In this document: piece after piece, positions 22,547 through 34,022 of the stretch
Position numbering within the stretch: position 1 is the stretch's first letter
Layout of the letters: the number at the start of each line of letters is the position of its first letter
Assembly (NCBI GenBank): GCA_030141605.1
Contig: JAQGDQ010001555.1
Span: forward strand, 1 to 34,854
From: Tubiluchus corallicola
Taxonomy: Eukaryota; Animalia; Priapulida
Direction of reading: 5' to 3'
DNA: 34,854 bases
The notes under the pieces: generated by a model
What the model saw: only the letters and a program-made list of their open reading frames with translations
What the model was told of the DNA's origin: nothing
The model's database searches: none
Program-made: the position numbers and the translations under genes

Positions 22547-22638
22547 TCAAGGAGCAGTGCACGTCCGGTCTGATGGGCACGACGTTTTCTACGATCACCG
22601 CCATGTCTAATTCTCACGGAGGCATGGAAACCGTTTAA
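22521..22638 (+). CDS. GOLGA3: GOLGA3-like terminal coding exon (KQVETQVRVIKEQCTSGLMGTTFSTITAMSNSHGGMETV*)
   Basis: atattttcag| phase 2, open to TAA at 22636-22638, followed by AT-rich UTR-like sequence. Confidence 0.78.
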
Positions 22639-23039
22639 CGTCCGCACTGTCTTACCACACAGGGAACAATTCAATTCAGTTTGTTTTATTTGCACTTTTT
22701 ATGCATGGCCTTGTAAATTATTGGGTTGTATGATATATTAATAATTACTGATAGGTTTTTTAATTTAGAATGTTATATAAAATATGATATGATATTATAC
22801 TAGTAAAATTTTATGATATGGTGCAGTAATTTCACATCTTGAGGGTGAGGCATAATTAGTTAAAGGAAAAGTCAACGCTTTTTACTGGTTGAATTGATTC
22901 GTGAAAAACGTTAATAAGTGGGACGGCCTTCAGGTAATCTCAGAGAGTACGATCCAACCAGTTAAGTCTTCTGCGTTTAACCTTCCTGTTCCATTTCCTC
23001 TTTTTGATTGTATCGTACAAATTTTTGTTGTTCTACAAT

Positions 23040-23216
23040 ATCATCATCATCAGCATCATCCTATTCCTACTATGTCTATTGTAGACATTGGGCAGCGAGA
23101 ATTGAAAAATATAAGAACCCCGCCCTCGCGACAGGTAAACCCCGCCTTCGCAACAGGTAAACACAGCAGTAATCCAGTAAAAGATTCGGCACTACTGTGC
23201 CAGTGGCTTGTCAGCG
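23040..23216 (-). mobile_element. Second copy of the (GAT)n-tailed SINE/LINE fragment
   Basis: Shares atgtctattgtagacattgggcag, acaggtaaa..cagcagtaatccag and cagtggcttgtcagc with 21961-22115. Confidence 0.7.
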
Positions 23217-23487
23217 TTATTTACGAGTCAATATAGAATGACAGTTCACAATATGGGAAATCTTTTAGGTATCAAGAATGTCGTAATTTTTTGTTGGGTG
23301 ATTTTAAAGGTTCTTACTGTTCTTAGTGCCAAGATTTTTTTGCCGTTGAATAGCCGTCTTCCTGAAAATCTGGTTAATAATTAATGTTGTGTATTTTCAG
23401 TTTCAGTGCCTTCAATTTGATGTATTAATGTTGACTACTTGACGTGACCTTACACTGACCTTCCATGGACACGGATTGACGTTGTAG

Positions 23488-23860
23488 TGACCTTCTCCTG
23501 ACCTTGCATAGACATGGAGTGACCTTGTAGTGACCTCCCTCTGACCTTGCTTAGACGTAAAAGTACCTGGTGCATCGACAAATAATGACCTTGACCTTGA
23601 ACCATTGATAAACACAAGTAGGGACCTTCTCCTGACCTTGCATAGACAGTGGGGTGATCTCCCTCTGACCTTGCTTAGACGTAAAAGTACCTGTCATCGA
23701 CAAATAATGACCTTGACCTTGAACCATTGATAAACACAAGTAGGGACCTTCTCCTGACCTTGCATAGACATGGAGTGACCTCCCTCTGACCTTGCTTAGA
23801 CATAAAAGCACCTGTCGTCGACAAATAATGACCTTGACTTTGACACATTGATAAACACAA
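23488..23860. repeat. ~122-bp tandem array (3 copies) rich in TGACCT
   Basis: gaccttctcctgaccttgcatagaca...tcgacaaataatgaccttgaccttgaaccattgataaacacaa repeated. Confidence 0.9.
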
Positions 23861-24422
23861 ATTAAATGGAACTGTTCCATATTGTCGTTAATAGTGTTTC
23901 ACATTTTATTGTCATGTACAATTTATGTTCGCTATTGGAAATCTGGTGTTTGGATTTATAAGAATACTGAGACTCTCAAATCGCCTTTTTTCTGTTAAAT
24001 TGCGTAATTATTGCTTTAGTGTTTGTGAGAATTTTTTACATTTTGTTCGTTAGTTGAAAAGTTTTAAAAATCGTTTTCTAAGCTTTACATTGTTAGCTGG
24101 CTAAATTTTTAATGTTTGTTAACATCTGATGGTTTTTAGGTGAGTTAATGTGCTTGAGTAATTAAATAGTTTTTTCACTGGCTGGCAGTAGTGGCAATCT
24201 TCACTAGCTGGCAATGGTGGCAATCTTCCACAGCATACCAGGCTGCTGGTAATTTTAATTTTGGAACAATAAATTATAAACAAAACGATTAATTTTTCTA
24301 TTTATTTTTTATTTTATACAGCAATTATATTGATTTGGTTATTAACCAGGTACAACCAGGAATAGGCATCACCAATTAGCTCGGCATTAGATTAACAGGC
24401 AAGTCAGTTGGTTTTAGGTCAC

Positions 24423-26433
24423 TTGGGGAAGCAGACACTTGGGCAGTGGAAAGTTGGGGAAGCAGACACTTGGGCAGTGGAAAGTTGGGGAAGCAGACAC
24501 TTGGGCTGTGCAAAGTTGGGGAAGCAGACACTTGGGCAGTGGAAAGTTGGGGAAGCAGACACTTGGGCAGTGGAAAGTTGGGACAGCAGACACTTGGGCA
24601 GTGGAAAGTTGGGGAAGCAGACACTTGGGCAGTGGAAAGTTGGAGAAGCAGACACTTGGGCATTGGAAAGTTGGGGTAGCAGATACTTGGGCAGTGGAAA
24701 GTTGGGGTAGCAGATACTTGGGCAGTGGAAAGTTGGGTAAGCAGACACTTGGGCAGTACAAAGTTGGGGAAGCAGACACTTTGGCAGTGGAAAGTTGGGG
24801 AAGCAGACACTTGGGCAGTGGAAAGTTGGGGAAGCAGACACTTGGGCATTGGAAAGTTGGGGCAGTAGACACTTGGGCAGTACAAAGTTGGGGAAGCAGA
24901 CACTTTGGCAGTGGAAAGTTGGGGCAGTAGACACTTGGGCAGTACAAAGTTGGGGAAGCAGACACTTTGGCAGTGGAAAGTTGGGGAAGCAGACACTTGG
25001 GTAGTGCAAAGTTGGGGAAGCAGACACTTGGGCAGTGGAAAGTTGGGGAAGCAGACACTTGGGCAGTACAAAGTTGGGGAAGCAGACACTTGGGCAGTGG
25101 AAAGTTGGGGAAGCAGACACTTGGGCAGTACAAAGTTGGGGAAGCAGACACTTGGGCAGTGGAAAGTTGGGGAAGCAGACACTTGGGCAGTGGAAAGTTG
25201 GGGAAGCAGACACTTGGGCAGTGGAAAGTTGGGGAAGCAGACACTTGGGCAGTGCAAAGTTGGGGAAGCAGACACTTGGGCATTGGAAAGTTGGGGAAGC
25301 AGACACTTGGGTAGTGGAAAGTTGGGGAAGCAGACACTTGGGTAGTGCAAAGTTGGGGAAGCAGACACTTGGGCAGTGGAAAGTTGGGGAAGCAGACACT
25401 TGGGCAGTGGAAAGTTGGGGAAGCAGACACTTGGGCAGTGGAAAGTTGGGGAAGCAGACACTTGGGCAGTGGAAAGTTGGGGAAGCAGACACTTGGGCAG
25501 TGCAAAGTTGGGGAAGCAGACACTTGGGCATTGGAAAGTCGGGGAAGCAGACACTTGGGCAGTGCAAAGTTGGGGAAGCAGACACTTGGGCAGTGCAAAG
25601 TTGGGGAAGCAGACACTTGGGCAGTGGAAAGTTGGGGAAGCAGACACTTGGGCAGTGGAAAGTTGGGGAAGCAGACACTCGGGCAGTGGAAAGTCGGGGA
25701 AGCAGACACTTGGACAGTGGAAAGTCGGGGAAGCAGACACTTGGGCAAGCAGACACTTGGGAGGTACAAAGTTGGGGAAGCAGACACTTGGGCAGTGGAA
25801 AGTCGGGGAAGCAGACACTTGGACAGTGGAAAGTCGGGGAAGCAGACACTTGGGAGGTACAAAGTTGGGGAAGCAGACACTTGGGCAGTACAAAGTCGGG
25901 GAAGCAGACACTTGGACAGTGGAAAGTCGGGGAAGCAGACACTTGGACAGTGGAAAGTCGGGGAAGCAGACACTTGGGCAAGCAGACACTTGGGCAGAAC
26001 AAAGTCGGGGAAGCAGACACTTGGACAGTGGAAAGTCGGGGAAGCAGACACTTGGGCAAGCAGACACTTGGGAGGTACAAAGTTGGGGAAGCAGACACTT
26101 GGGCAGTGGAAAGTCGGGGAAGCAGACACTTGGACAGTGGAAAGTTGGGGAAGCAGACACTTGGGAGGTACAAAGTTGGGGAAGCAGACACTTGGGCAGT
26201 ACAAAGTCGGGGAAGCAGACACTTGGACAGTGGAAAGTCGGGGAAGCAGACACTTGGGCAGTGGAAAGTCGGGGAAGCAGACACTTGGGCAAGCAGACAC
26301 TTGGGAGGTACAAAGTTGGGGAAGCAGACACTTGGGCAGTGGAAAGTCGGGGAAGCAGACACTTGGACAGTGGAAAGTCGGGGAAGCAGACACTTGGGCA
26401 GTGGAAAGTCGGGGAAGCAGACACTGTGGCAGT
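24423..26433. repeat. 31-bp G-rich minisatellite (~65 copies)
   Basis: Unit gggaagcagacacttgggcagtggaaagttg. The unit is stop-free, which explains the 380-700-aa ORFs in multiple frames. Confidence 0.97.
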
Positions 26434-26985
26434 ACATGCATACATTACTGTAGCAGTACAAGTGTCACAGAAAATTTTCACAGGAGCACAACCTGTCTAC
26501 CTACCTACTTATCTACCCTGTAGCTAGGTAGATCAGTAAGTAAGTAGGTGGAACTGCCCAAATGTCCCTAACATTGGCGTATGCTAACCTATATACATGC
26601 TTAGATAGAACCATAAAACATAAGCCTACAATAGAGATTACCGTATAACTACTGTTAGTGGCCAGTAACAAATGTGCAATATGGGAAATCCTGTGCTAAG
26701 ATATGATTCGATTAAAATATACAAGTACTTACATGTACAGTTTAAAATAATAATTTAGCATTAATTATAATACATGTTTAGTTTAACTTACATTACAATT
26801 GTGTGAAATAGGTAGCAGCACAGGTTTTGGTTTTGATTTCGTTCATAACACAACTTTGGCAATCTGCCAATATAGGAAAAAGCATCATAGTACATAATAC
26901 TGGAATCAAATGACTGTGTTTCAAATACTGAGGGTCATTCCTGCACAAGACTCGTATACATGTTACTATAGTGTGAGCAAAAACA

Positions 26986-27311
26986 CTGCAATGACATCAT
27001 AGTGTCCTGCAGTGACATCACAATGCCCTGCAGTGACATCACAATGCCCTGCAGTGACATCACAATGCCCTGCAATGACAATGACATCACAATGTCCTGC
27101 AATGACATCACAATGCCCTGCAATGACAATGACATCACAATGTCCTGCAATGACATCACAATGCCCTGCAGTGACATAGTGCCCTGCAATGACATCACAA
27201 TGCCCTGCAATGACATCACAATGCCCTGCAGTGACACCATAGTGCCCTGCAATGACATCATAGTGCCCTGCAATGACAATGACATCATAGTGCCCTGCAA
27301 TGACATGACAA
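26986..27311. repeat. 21-bp (plus 6-bp variant) tandem array
   Basis: Unit tgcaatgacatcacaatgccc. Confidence 0.94.
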
Positions 27312-27556
27312 TCAGTTCTATCATGTGCAAAAGTTACATAACACATTACTGAATCAAGTCACATAATAAAAGCTGTAAGATAATGTTGTATCGTCATGTA
27401 GTTAAAAAACAAGCAACATCATGACAATGTTACCTCGGTTTGCCGGACATCGCTCTTACGGATATAGAAAGAACCGTACAAAATGTGGTCCATTAGAAAG
27501 TCCTGCATACTATGGACACAGTCCATTATTTCACGAGTTGACCTCTAGTTGACGGG

Positions 27557-27745
27557 TCGTCACTTTGTTTACATCCAAGCAGCGTGTAGCGACACACGTG
27601 ATGTCAGCGTGTTCAAGTGGTTTAATCAGCATGTGTAAGTGATTTAGAGACAACTATGGGGAGTTATTTGAGTCAATTGCTGACAATTTTTACATCCTTT
27701 TGCATAGAAGCGGGCCGTACTAGACATTTTTGAGACAATTAGGTA
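27557..27745 (+). mobile_element. Dispersed repeat fragment homologous to 10345-10510 (inside the Ac-type MITE)
   Basis: Shared cgtcactttgtttacat, ggagttatttgagtcaattgc, cttttgcatag and tttttgaga.aattaggta. Confidence 0.65.
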
Positions 27746-28550
27746 ATTGATTCTACATCACCAAGAGTCTAATACACGACGCCTACTGTATAAGCTTAAA
27801 GTTTGGGCTGACGTCTCCCCACTTTCGTCTTGCAAACCGAGATATGAGCATATTTACTCTTAAAAGAGGAAAAAAATTAAAGTATTTCCCTAAAACCTTT
27901 CATACAAAGTTACGCTACTCAGCGTTTCGCTTACCTGTTCGAAAGACTTGTGTAATTGGAAAAAGTTCTCAGTAACTCAAAATATTTGCACCAACTGGCA
28001 AAACGACACTGCATCACCATCCCAGAGTGCACCACTGATTCACCAAAAGAAAACTAGTAATCTTACCGACAATGAAACATAATTTAAATGCTTGCTTAGT
28101 TAGTGAACAGTGCGCAGTACGAATGCTCTGATTATTTTTTCAAACTTTATCCAATGTTATCTAAACTTGTTTCGATTGACCTACCATTAAAATGGCTGCG
28201 CCTTAACGATCATCGCGGGACTTTAAATTTACAAGTTTTATACAGCGTTACTGTTGACCCAAGCCCTGTATGAAATAAGACAGCACGTAAGTGATACAAA
28301 CTTTTCAAACTTTATTTTTGAAAACTGTTGTCTTGCACTTTAATTAAGAATTGAAGTTTGTGAACTGTTATAATCACCACATATATCATATATCATGGTT
28401 TCTTAAAATTGTAAGCTAAACTATTCCTTTTTCTATAAAACAGCCACATTGCAGTTAACAGTAGAGTGAAATTGCTTAAACTTACTTAAGAAAATGTACT
28501 TATCTACAACTTGTTATAACTTAAACGAAACAGAAAACGCGGCTACGTCA

Positions 28551-28682
28551 AGAGAAAAACACAGATAACCGAAGGTACACGTGGCTCCACCTGGGCGAGA
28601 GAAAAACACTGATAATCGAACGTACACGTGGCTCCACCTGGGAGAGAGAAAAACACAGATAATCGAAGGTACACGTGGCTCC
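28551..28682. repeat. ~47-bp tandem array (3 copies)
   Basis: agagaaaaacacagataatcgaaggtacacgtggctcc repeated. Confidence 0.88.
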
Positions 28683-29371
28683 CTCTAGGTATGAACCACA
28701 AGTTCTTTCAATGACAAGATGGTTGGATATTAACAGCAGCGATCGTTACGAAACTGAAGTACAGGTGTCGTCGACTGTGACCACGACTGATTCTGGCGAA
28801 TTGGTCGTCAGACGGTTTGGATGCAAGTCAGAGCCGTACATACAAGTCGTGTGCCATAAGATATTGTACGTGTGTGTGTACGTGCACTAAGTACGGCAGT
28901 ATTTACGGAAGAATTTATCGCAACAGAATTTATAACTAATTTTCTCAAAAATAACGCTACGGAGTTACTGATTTCTCTGTTTTTTCTGAAGTATTTCCTG
29001 CTTCTTGCTTTGTACAAATTATCTCCACTAGGACATTAACTTAGTAATTGCTTGTAGCAAACGGTACCTCTCATGAATGTTACCTAGTTAAAAAAACTTC
29101 CTGATTCAGTGAAACGTTTTGCTGACAAAAAGGGTAACGAAAAAGCTGACACAGAGGCAGTAACTCTCGGGCAGTCGCTCTGTAAACACTCCGTCTTTCA
29201 TTCACTCTGTCTCTGGTGAAGCAAACTTTATAACTGCTTCAAAGTTTGGCTAATTGGCAAAGGTTATCTCTTATCGTTTATATATGTTATCAAAGTGTTT
29301 TGGTTGGAACAGTCAAAACAGAAAAGTGATTTATCTTAAAATAAACAGACTTGAACTCTAAACCTGCAGTC

Positions 29372-30880
29372 CAGTGTATTTCTACCGGTCGTCGACTACC
29401 TGTACCCACAGTCCAGTGTATTTCTACCGGTCGTCGACTACCTGTACCCACAGTCCAGTGTATTTCTACCGGTCGTCGACTACCTTCACCCGCAGTTCAG
29501 TGTATTTCTACCGGTCGTCGACTACCTGTACCCGCAGTCCAGTGTATTTCTACCGGTCGTCGACTACCTGTACCCGCAGTCCAGTGTATTTCTACCGGTC
29601 GTCGACTACCTGTACCCGCAGTCCAGCGTATTTCTACCGGTCGTCGACTACCTGTACCCGCAGTCCAGCGTATTTCTACCGGTCGTCGACTACCTGTACC
29701 CACAGTCCAGCGTATTTCTACCGGTCGTCGACTACCTGTACCCGCAGTCCAGCGTATTTCTACCGGTCCTCGACTACTTGTACCCGCAGTCCAGTGTATT
29801 TCTACCGGTCGTCGACTACCTGTACCCGCGGTCCAGTGTATTTCTACCGGTCGTCGACTACCTGTATCCGCAGCCCAGTGTATTTCTACCGGTCCTCGAC
29901 TACCTGTACCCGCAGTCCAGCGTATTTCTACCGGTCGTCGACTACCTGTACCCGCAGTCCAGTGTATTTCTACCGGTCGTCGACTACCCGTACCCGCAGT
30001 CCAGTGTATTTCTACCGGTCGTCGACTACCTGTACCCGCAGTCCAGTGTATTTCTACCGGTCCTCGACTACCTGTACCCGCAGTCCAGTGTATTTCTACC
30101 GGTCGTCGACTACCTGTACCCGCAGTCCAGTGTATTTCTACCGGTCGTCGACTACCCGTACCCGCAGCCCAGTGTATTTCTACCGGTCCTTGACTACCTG
30201 TACCCACAGTCCAGTGTATTTCTACCGGTCCTCGACTACCTGTACCCGCAGCCCAGTGTATTTCTACCGGTCGTCGACTACCTGCACCCGCAGTCCAGTG
30301 TATTTCTACCGGTCGTCGATTACCTGTACCCACAGTCCAGTGTATTTCTACCGGTCGTCGACTAACTGCACCCGCAGTCCAGTGTATTTCTACCTCGTCG
30401 AACACCCCACCACCCACACCACCCACACAACACCCACACCACCCACACACCTACCCGTACCCGCAGCCCAGTGTATTTCTACCGGTCCTTGACTACCTGT
30501 ACCCACAGTCCAGTGTATTTCTACCGGTCCTCGACTACCTGTACCCGCAGCCCAGTGTATTTCTACCGGTCGTCGACTACCTGCACCCGCAGTCCAGTGT
30601 ATTTCTACCGGTCGTCGATTACCTGTACCCGCAGCCCAGTGTATTTCTACCGGTCCTCGATTACCCGTACCCGCAGCCCAGTGTATTTCTACCGGTCCTC
30701 GACTACCTGTACCCGCAGCCCAGTGTATTTCTACCGGTCGTCGACTACCTGCACCCGCAGTCCAGTGTATTTCTACCGGTCGTCGACTACCTGTACCCGC
30801 AGTCCAGTGTATTTCTACCGGTCGTCGACTAACTGCACCCGCAGTCCAGTGTATTTCTACCGGTCGTCGACTACCTGTAC
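29372..30880. repeat. 39-bp CpG-rich tandem array (~37 copies) with a C/A-rich interruption at ~30395-30450
   Basis: Unit cccgcagtccagtgtatttctaccggtcgtcgactacctgta-like; period of 13 codons in the ORF track. Confidence 0.95.
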
Positions 30881-31395
30881 AGGTGTTCGACTTTCTCCTG
30901 CAAGGTCCAGTGAAAGTCAGTGGGAAGCTGAAAGATCGTCATGATTACTTCAACGTTTAAAATGTAAGTGACCTCCTGCTTCGCGACAAGATGCCCGCAC
31001 CATTTAAAAATCCGGAACACGGGCTATTCGAAGCCTTTCTGCTGCAGAACTTTGAGAAAAGCATCTGCTAGGAGTGAGGATGCATTCCTCCCGCATCCCT
31101 GGATGCAAGAGTTCAGATCTGCAGCTTCCCTGCACAACAGACGCACCTGAATTACAATAACCATACGACGTTATTGTAGACAGTATGAAAGCACTAAGTG
31201 TACACTGCGTGCATCTGACACGTAAGTGGCAAAAACTGACATGGGAGTCTTACGAATGCAAGTATGATGAAAAGTTTTGGGTACAATCGATATTAGCATA
31301 CATAAGATTGTCTATATCATAGAAACAATTCAGAAGTATCGACGACTAAATACTCGATTCTAAGTTTCAACGCAGCTTAAAGCTCCATGTGCATG

Positions 31396-31590
31396 TAATG
31401 CGTGATCTATGATCTTTAATGCGTGATCTATGATCTTTAATGCGTGATCTAAGATCTTTAATGGGTGATCTACGATCTTTAATGCGTGATCTACGATCTT
31501 TAGTGCCTGATCTACGATCTTTAGTGCGTGATCTACGATCTTTAATGCGTGATCTACGATCTTTAATGCGTGATCTATGATCTTTAATGT
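31396..31590. repeat. 21-bp tandem array (~9 copies)
   Basis: Unit taatgcgtgatctacgatctt. Confidence 0.94.
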
Positions 31591-31739
31591 GTGATGCGCA
31601 TCGACTATTTCCATGTGTCCGCAAACGTTACGCGTATTAACAAAAGTCACGCCCCCCCCCTTTCCACCATTTTTGGACGCTATTCGCGTAAATTGCAAGC
31701 CATAATTTTTGGAAACCGTGTCTCTGTTGAAATTTAAGC

Positions 31740-31996
31740 GTGATAATCACAACTGCGGCCTTAGCTTATTATTGCACTATTAGACAGAAAAGAAAGCACA
31801 AGTTTTGGGTGCACAGCATTTTGCAGGGAAGAGAACAATATGGCAGGTATCATCATTTAGTGAAACAACTGCAGTTAGATGCACAACACATAACTACATG
31901 CTTCTTCCGTCTCTCAAAAACTCAAGTAGAAAAATATTCTTGTTTGTAGCTCCTAAAGTGACCAAAACTCTCCTAACTAGAATTTTCAGAAGCTAA
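31740..31996 (+). pseudogene. Decayed PIF/Harbinger transposase (DDE_Tnp_4/HARBI1-like) N-terminal fragment
   Basis: RKHKFWVHSILQGREQYGRYHHLVKQLQLD...FFRLSKTQ fits the Harbinger N-terminal pattern RR.WV.P....R...G.F..L..EL..D....YFRMS..QF. It continues after a frameshift as LFVAPKVTK. Confidence 0.7.
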
Positions 31997-32175
31997 ACAG
32001 CGAAAACGGTCACCGGAAACTTGAAAACTCGCTATAATCACCTAGGCAACGGCGGTTTCACATCTGATGCGAATTCGGATGATAGCGATCACATTCGAAT
32101 AAATACAGATCTCACACATCACGCATTACATACACATGAAGTCGTACCCTAATACTAACAAAACAACAGTAGCAT

Positions 32176-32419
32176 TTATTTCTCCGTAAGCGACAACTGT
32201 ATTATCCTCTCCAACTCTTCTTCCTCTTGCTTCCTCCGTGCCTCCTCCCCCGCGAGCTCGCGCTGAGATAACTCCATGGCTAGCCGTAGCTGCCGATCCA
32301 TTGACGACTCGGAGCTAGTGTCGCTCACGTTGTTGCCGTTAGATATGTCAAGAATGTCGCTGTCGCTAGAGGGGACGGACTGCAATGGTGCCGAGTTGTG
32401 GAGACTGGCTTCAATTGCC
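32176..32419 (-). CDS. ANKRD13: ANKRD13 (A/B/D-type) last coding exon with C-terminal UIMs (RAIEASL...QLRLAMELSQRE...ELERIIQLSLTEK*)
   Basis: attgtttctag| acceptor phase 2, TAA at 32178-32176. Matches the recalled ANKRD13D C-terminus EQLRLALELSSRE...DLQRILQLSLTEH. Confidence 0.92.
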
Positions 32420-32772
32420 CTAGAAACAATAATGTTATGTCACTGGCTTCAATTGCCCTAGAAACAATGTATCATGTCAATGGCTTCAATTGCCCTAGAA
32501 ACAATTGTATCATGTCAATGGCTTCAATTGCCCTAGAAACAATTGTATCATGTAAATGGCTTCAATTGCCCTAGAAACAATTGTATCATGTCAATGGCTT
32601 CAATTGCCCTAGAAACAATTGTATCATGTAAATGGCTTCAATTGCCCTAGAAACAATTATATTATGTCGCTGGCTTCAATTGCCCTAGAAACAATTATAT
32701 TATGTCAATGGCTTCAATTGTCCTAGAAACAATTATATTACGTCACTGGCTTCGACTGCCATACGAACAATT
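32405..32772 (-). repeat. 37/38-bp tandem array (~9.5 copies) containing the ANKRD13 last acceptor plus 14 exon nt
   Basis: Minus-strand unit ttgacatgatacaattgtttctag|ggcaattgaagcca. Confidence 0.95.
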
Positions 32773-32833
32773 ATGTGTAGACATTTGTTTAAAATAAAGT
32801 ATGCTATAAAATAATGAAAGCTCAGATTAAATG

Positions 32834-33098
32834 ATAATTACCTCGGATAGTTAAACTTTGTTAAACTTTCAAAGCTGTGCGCGGCTCAGGGAATTCACTA
32901 AGACTGATATGCGCATGGCCGATAAATAGGCGCGGTACCGTGATAAGCACGATCATGAACTGCAGTGTTCGTCTGTGACGTAGAGCTCATTTTCGTAACA
33001 TCACATCAGCGTTTTATAGCAATCTTCGCTTACATAAACAATTGCAAACTTTTATTAGCAAGAAATTCTATATATTGGACAGTAAATTAAAATGAGAT
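32834..33098 (+). mobile_element. Second copy of the dispersed repeat at 14858-15235 (internally deleted)
   Basis: Same start and end motifs as the 14858 copy. Confidence 0.75.
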
Positions 33099-33100
33099 CC

Positions 33101-33972
33101 AGTTTAATCAATCGTCCAGCTTTCCTTCAAGAAAACTGACCTTCTGAGTTTAATCAATCGTCCAGTTTTCCTTCAAGAAAACTGACCGTCTGAGTTTAAT
33201 CAATCGTCCAGCTTTCCTTCAAGAAAACTGACCGTCTGAGTTTAATCAATCGTCCAGTTTTCCTTCAAGAAAACTGACCGTCTGAGTTTAATCAATCGTC
33301 CAGTTTTCCTTCAAGAAAACTGACCCTCTGAGTTTAATCAATCGTCCAGTTTTCCTTCAAGAAAACTGACCGTCTGAGTTTAATCAATCGTCCAGTTTTC
33401 CTTCAAGAAAACTGACCCTCTGAGTCTAATCAATCCTCCAGTTTTCCTTCAAGAAAACTGACCTTCTGAGTTTAATCAATCGTCCAGCTTTCCTTCAAGA
33501 AAACTGACCCTCTGAGTTTAATCAATCGTCCAGCTTTCCTTCAAGAAAACTGACCGTCTGAGTTTAATCAATCGTCCAGCTTTCCTTCAAGAAAACTGAC
33601 CCTCTGAGTCTAATCAATCGTCCAGCTTTCCTTCAAGAAAACTGACCGTCTGAGTTTAATCAATCGTCCAGCTTTCCTTCAAGAAAACTGACCGTCTGAG
33701 TCTAATCAATCGTCCAGCTTTCCTTCAAGAAAACTGACCGTCTGAGTCTAATCAATCGTCCAGCTTTCCTTCAAGAAAACTGACCGTCTGAGTTTAATCA
33801 ATCGTCCAGCTTTCCTTCAAGAAAACTGACCGTCTGAGTCTAATCAATCGTCCAGCTTTCCTTCAAGAAAACTGACCCTCTGAGTTTAATCAATCGTCCA
33901 GCTTTCCTTGAAGAAAACTGACCCTCTGAGTTTAATCAATCGTCCAGCTTTCCTTCAAGAAAACTGACCGTC
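33101..33972. repeat. 46-bp tandem array (~19 copies)
   Basis: Unit gagtttaatcaatcgtccag(c/t)tttccttcaagaaaactgaccgtct. Confidence 0.96.
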
Positions 33973-34022
33973 TAACAACTGTACTTATTACAGGTCGCGT
34001 TAATTACAGGTAAGTTACTCAC

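Noticed and set aside
23440-23860. Nuclear-receptor response element cluster (TGACCT half-sites)
   Set aside because: The density comes from tandem duplication of a TGACCT-rich unit, and there is no evidence of regulatory function.
24376-26527. 380-700-aa Cys/Pro-rich or Gly/Trp-rich ORFs
   Set aside because: A 31-bp unit (not a multiple of 3) without stop codons gives the same peptide in all frames. This is a minisatellite artefact.
26935-27352. 7-aa-repeat proteins (also 31360-31698, 10686-11190, 18411-19019)
   Set aside because: ORFs coincide exactly with tandem arrays, occur in multiple frames, and have no splice or homology support.
29351-30944. Long 13-aa-repeat ORFs on both strands
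   Set aside because: Open in several frames only because the unit is stop-free and a multiple of 3; there is no unique coding context.
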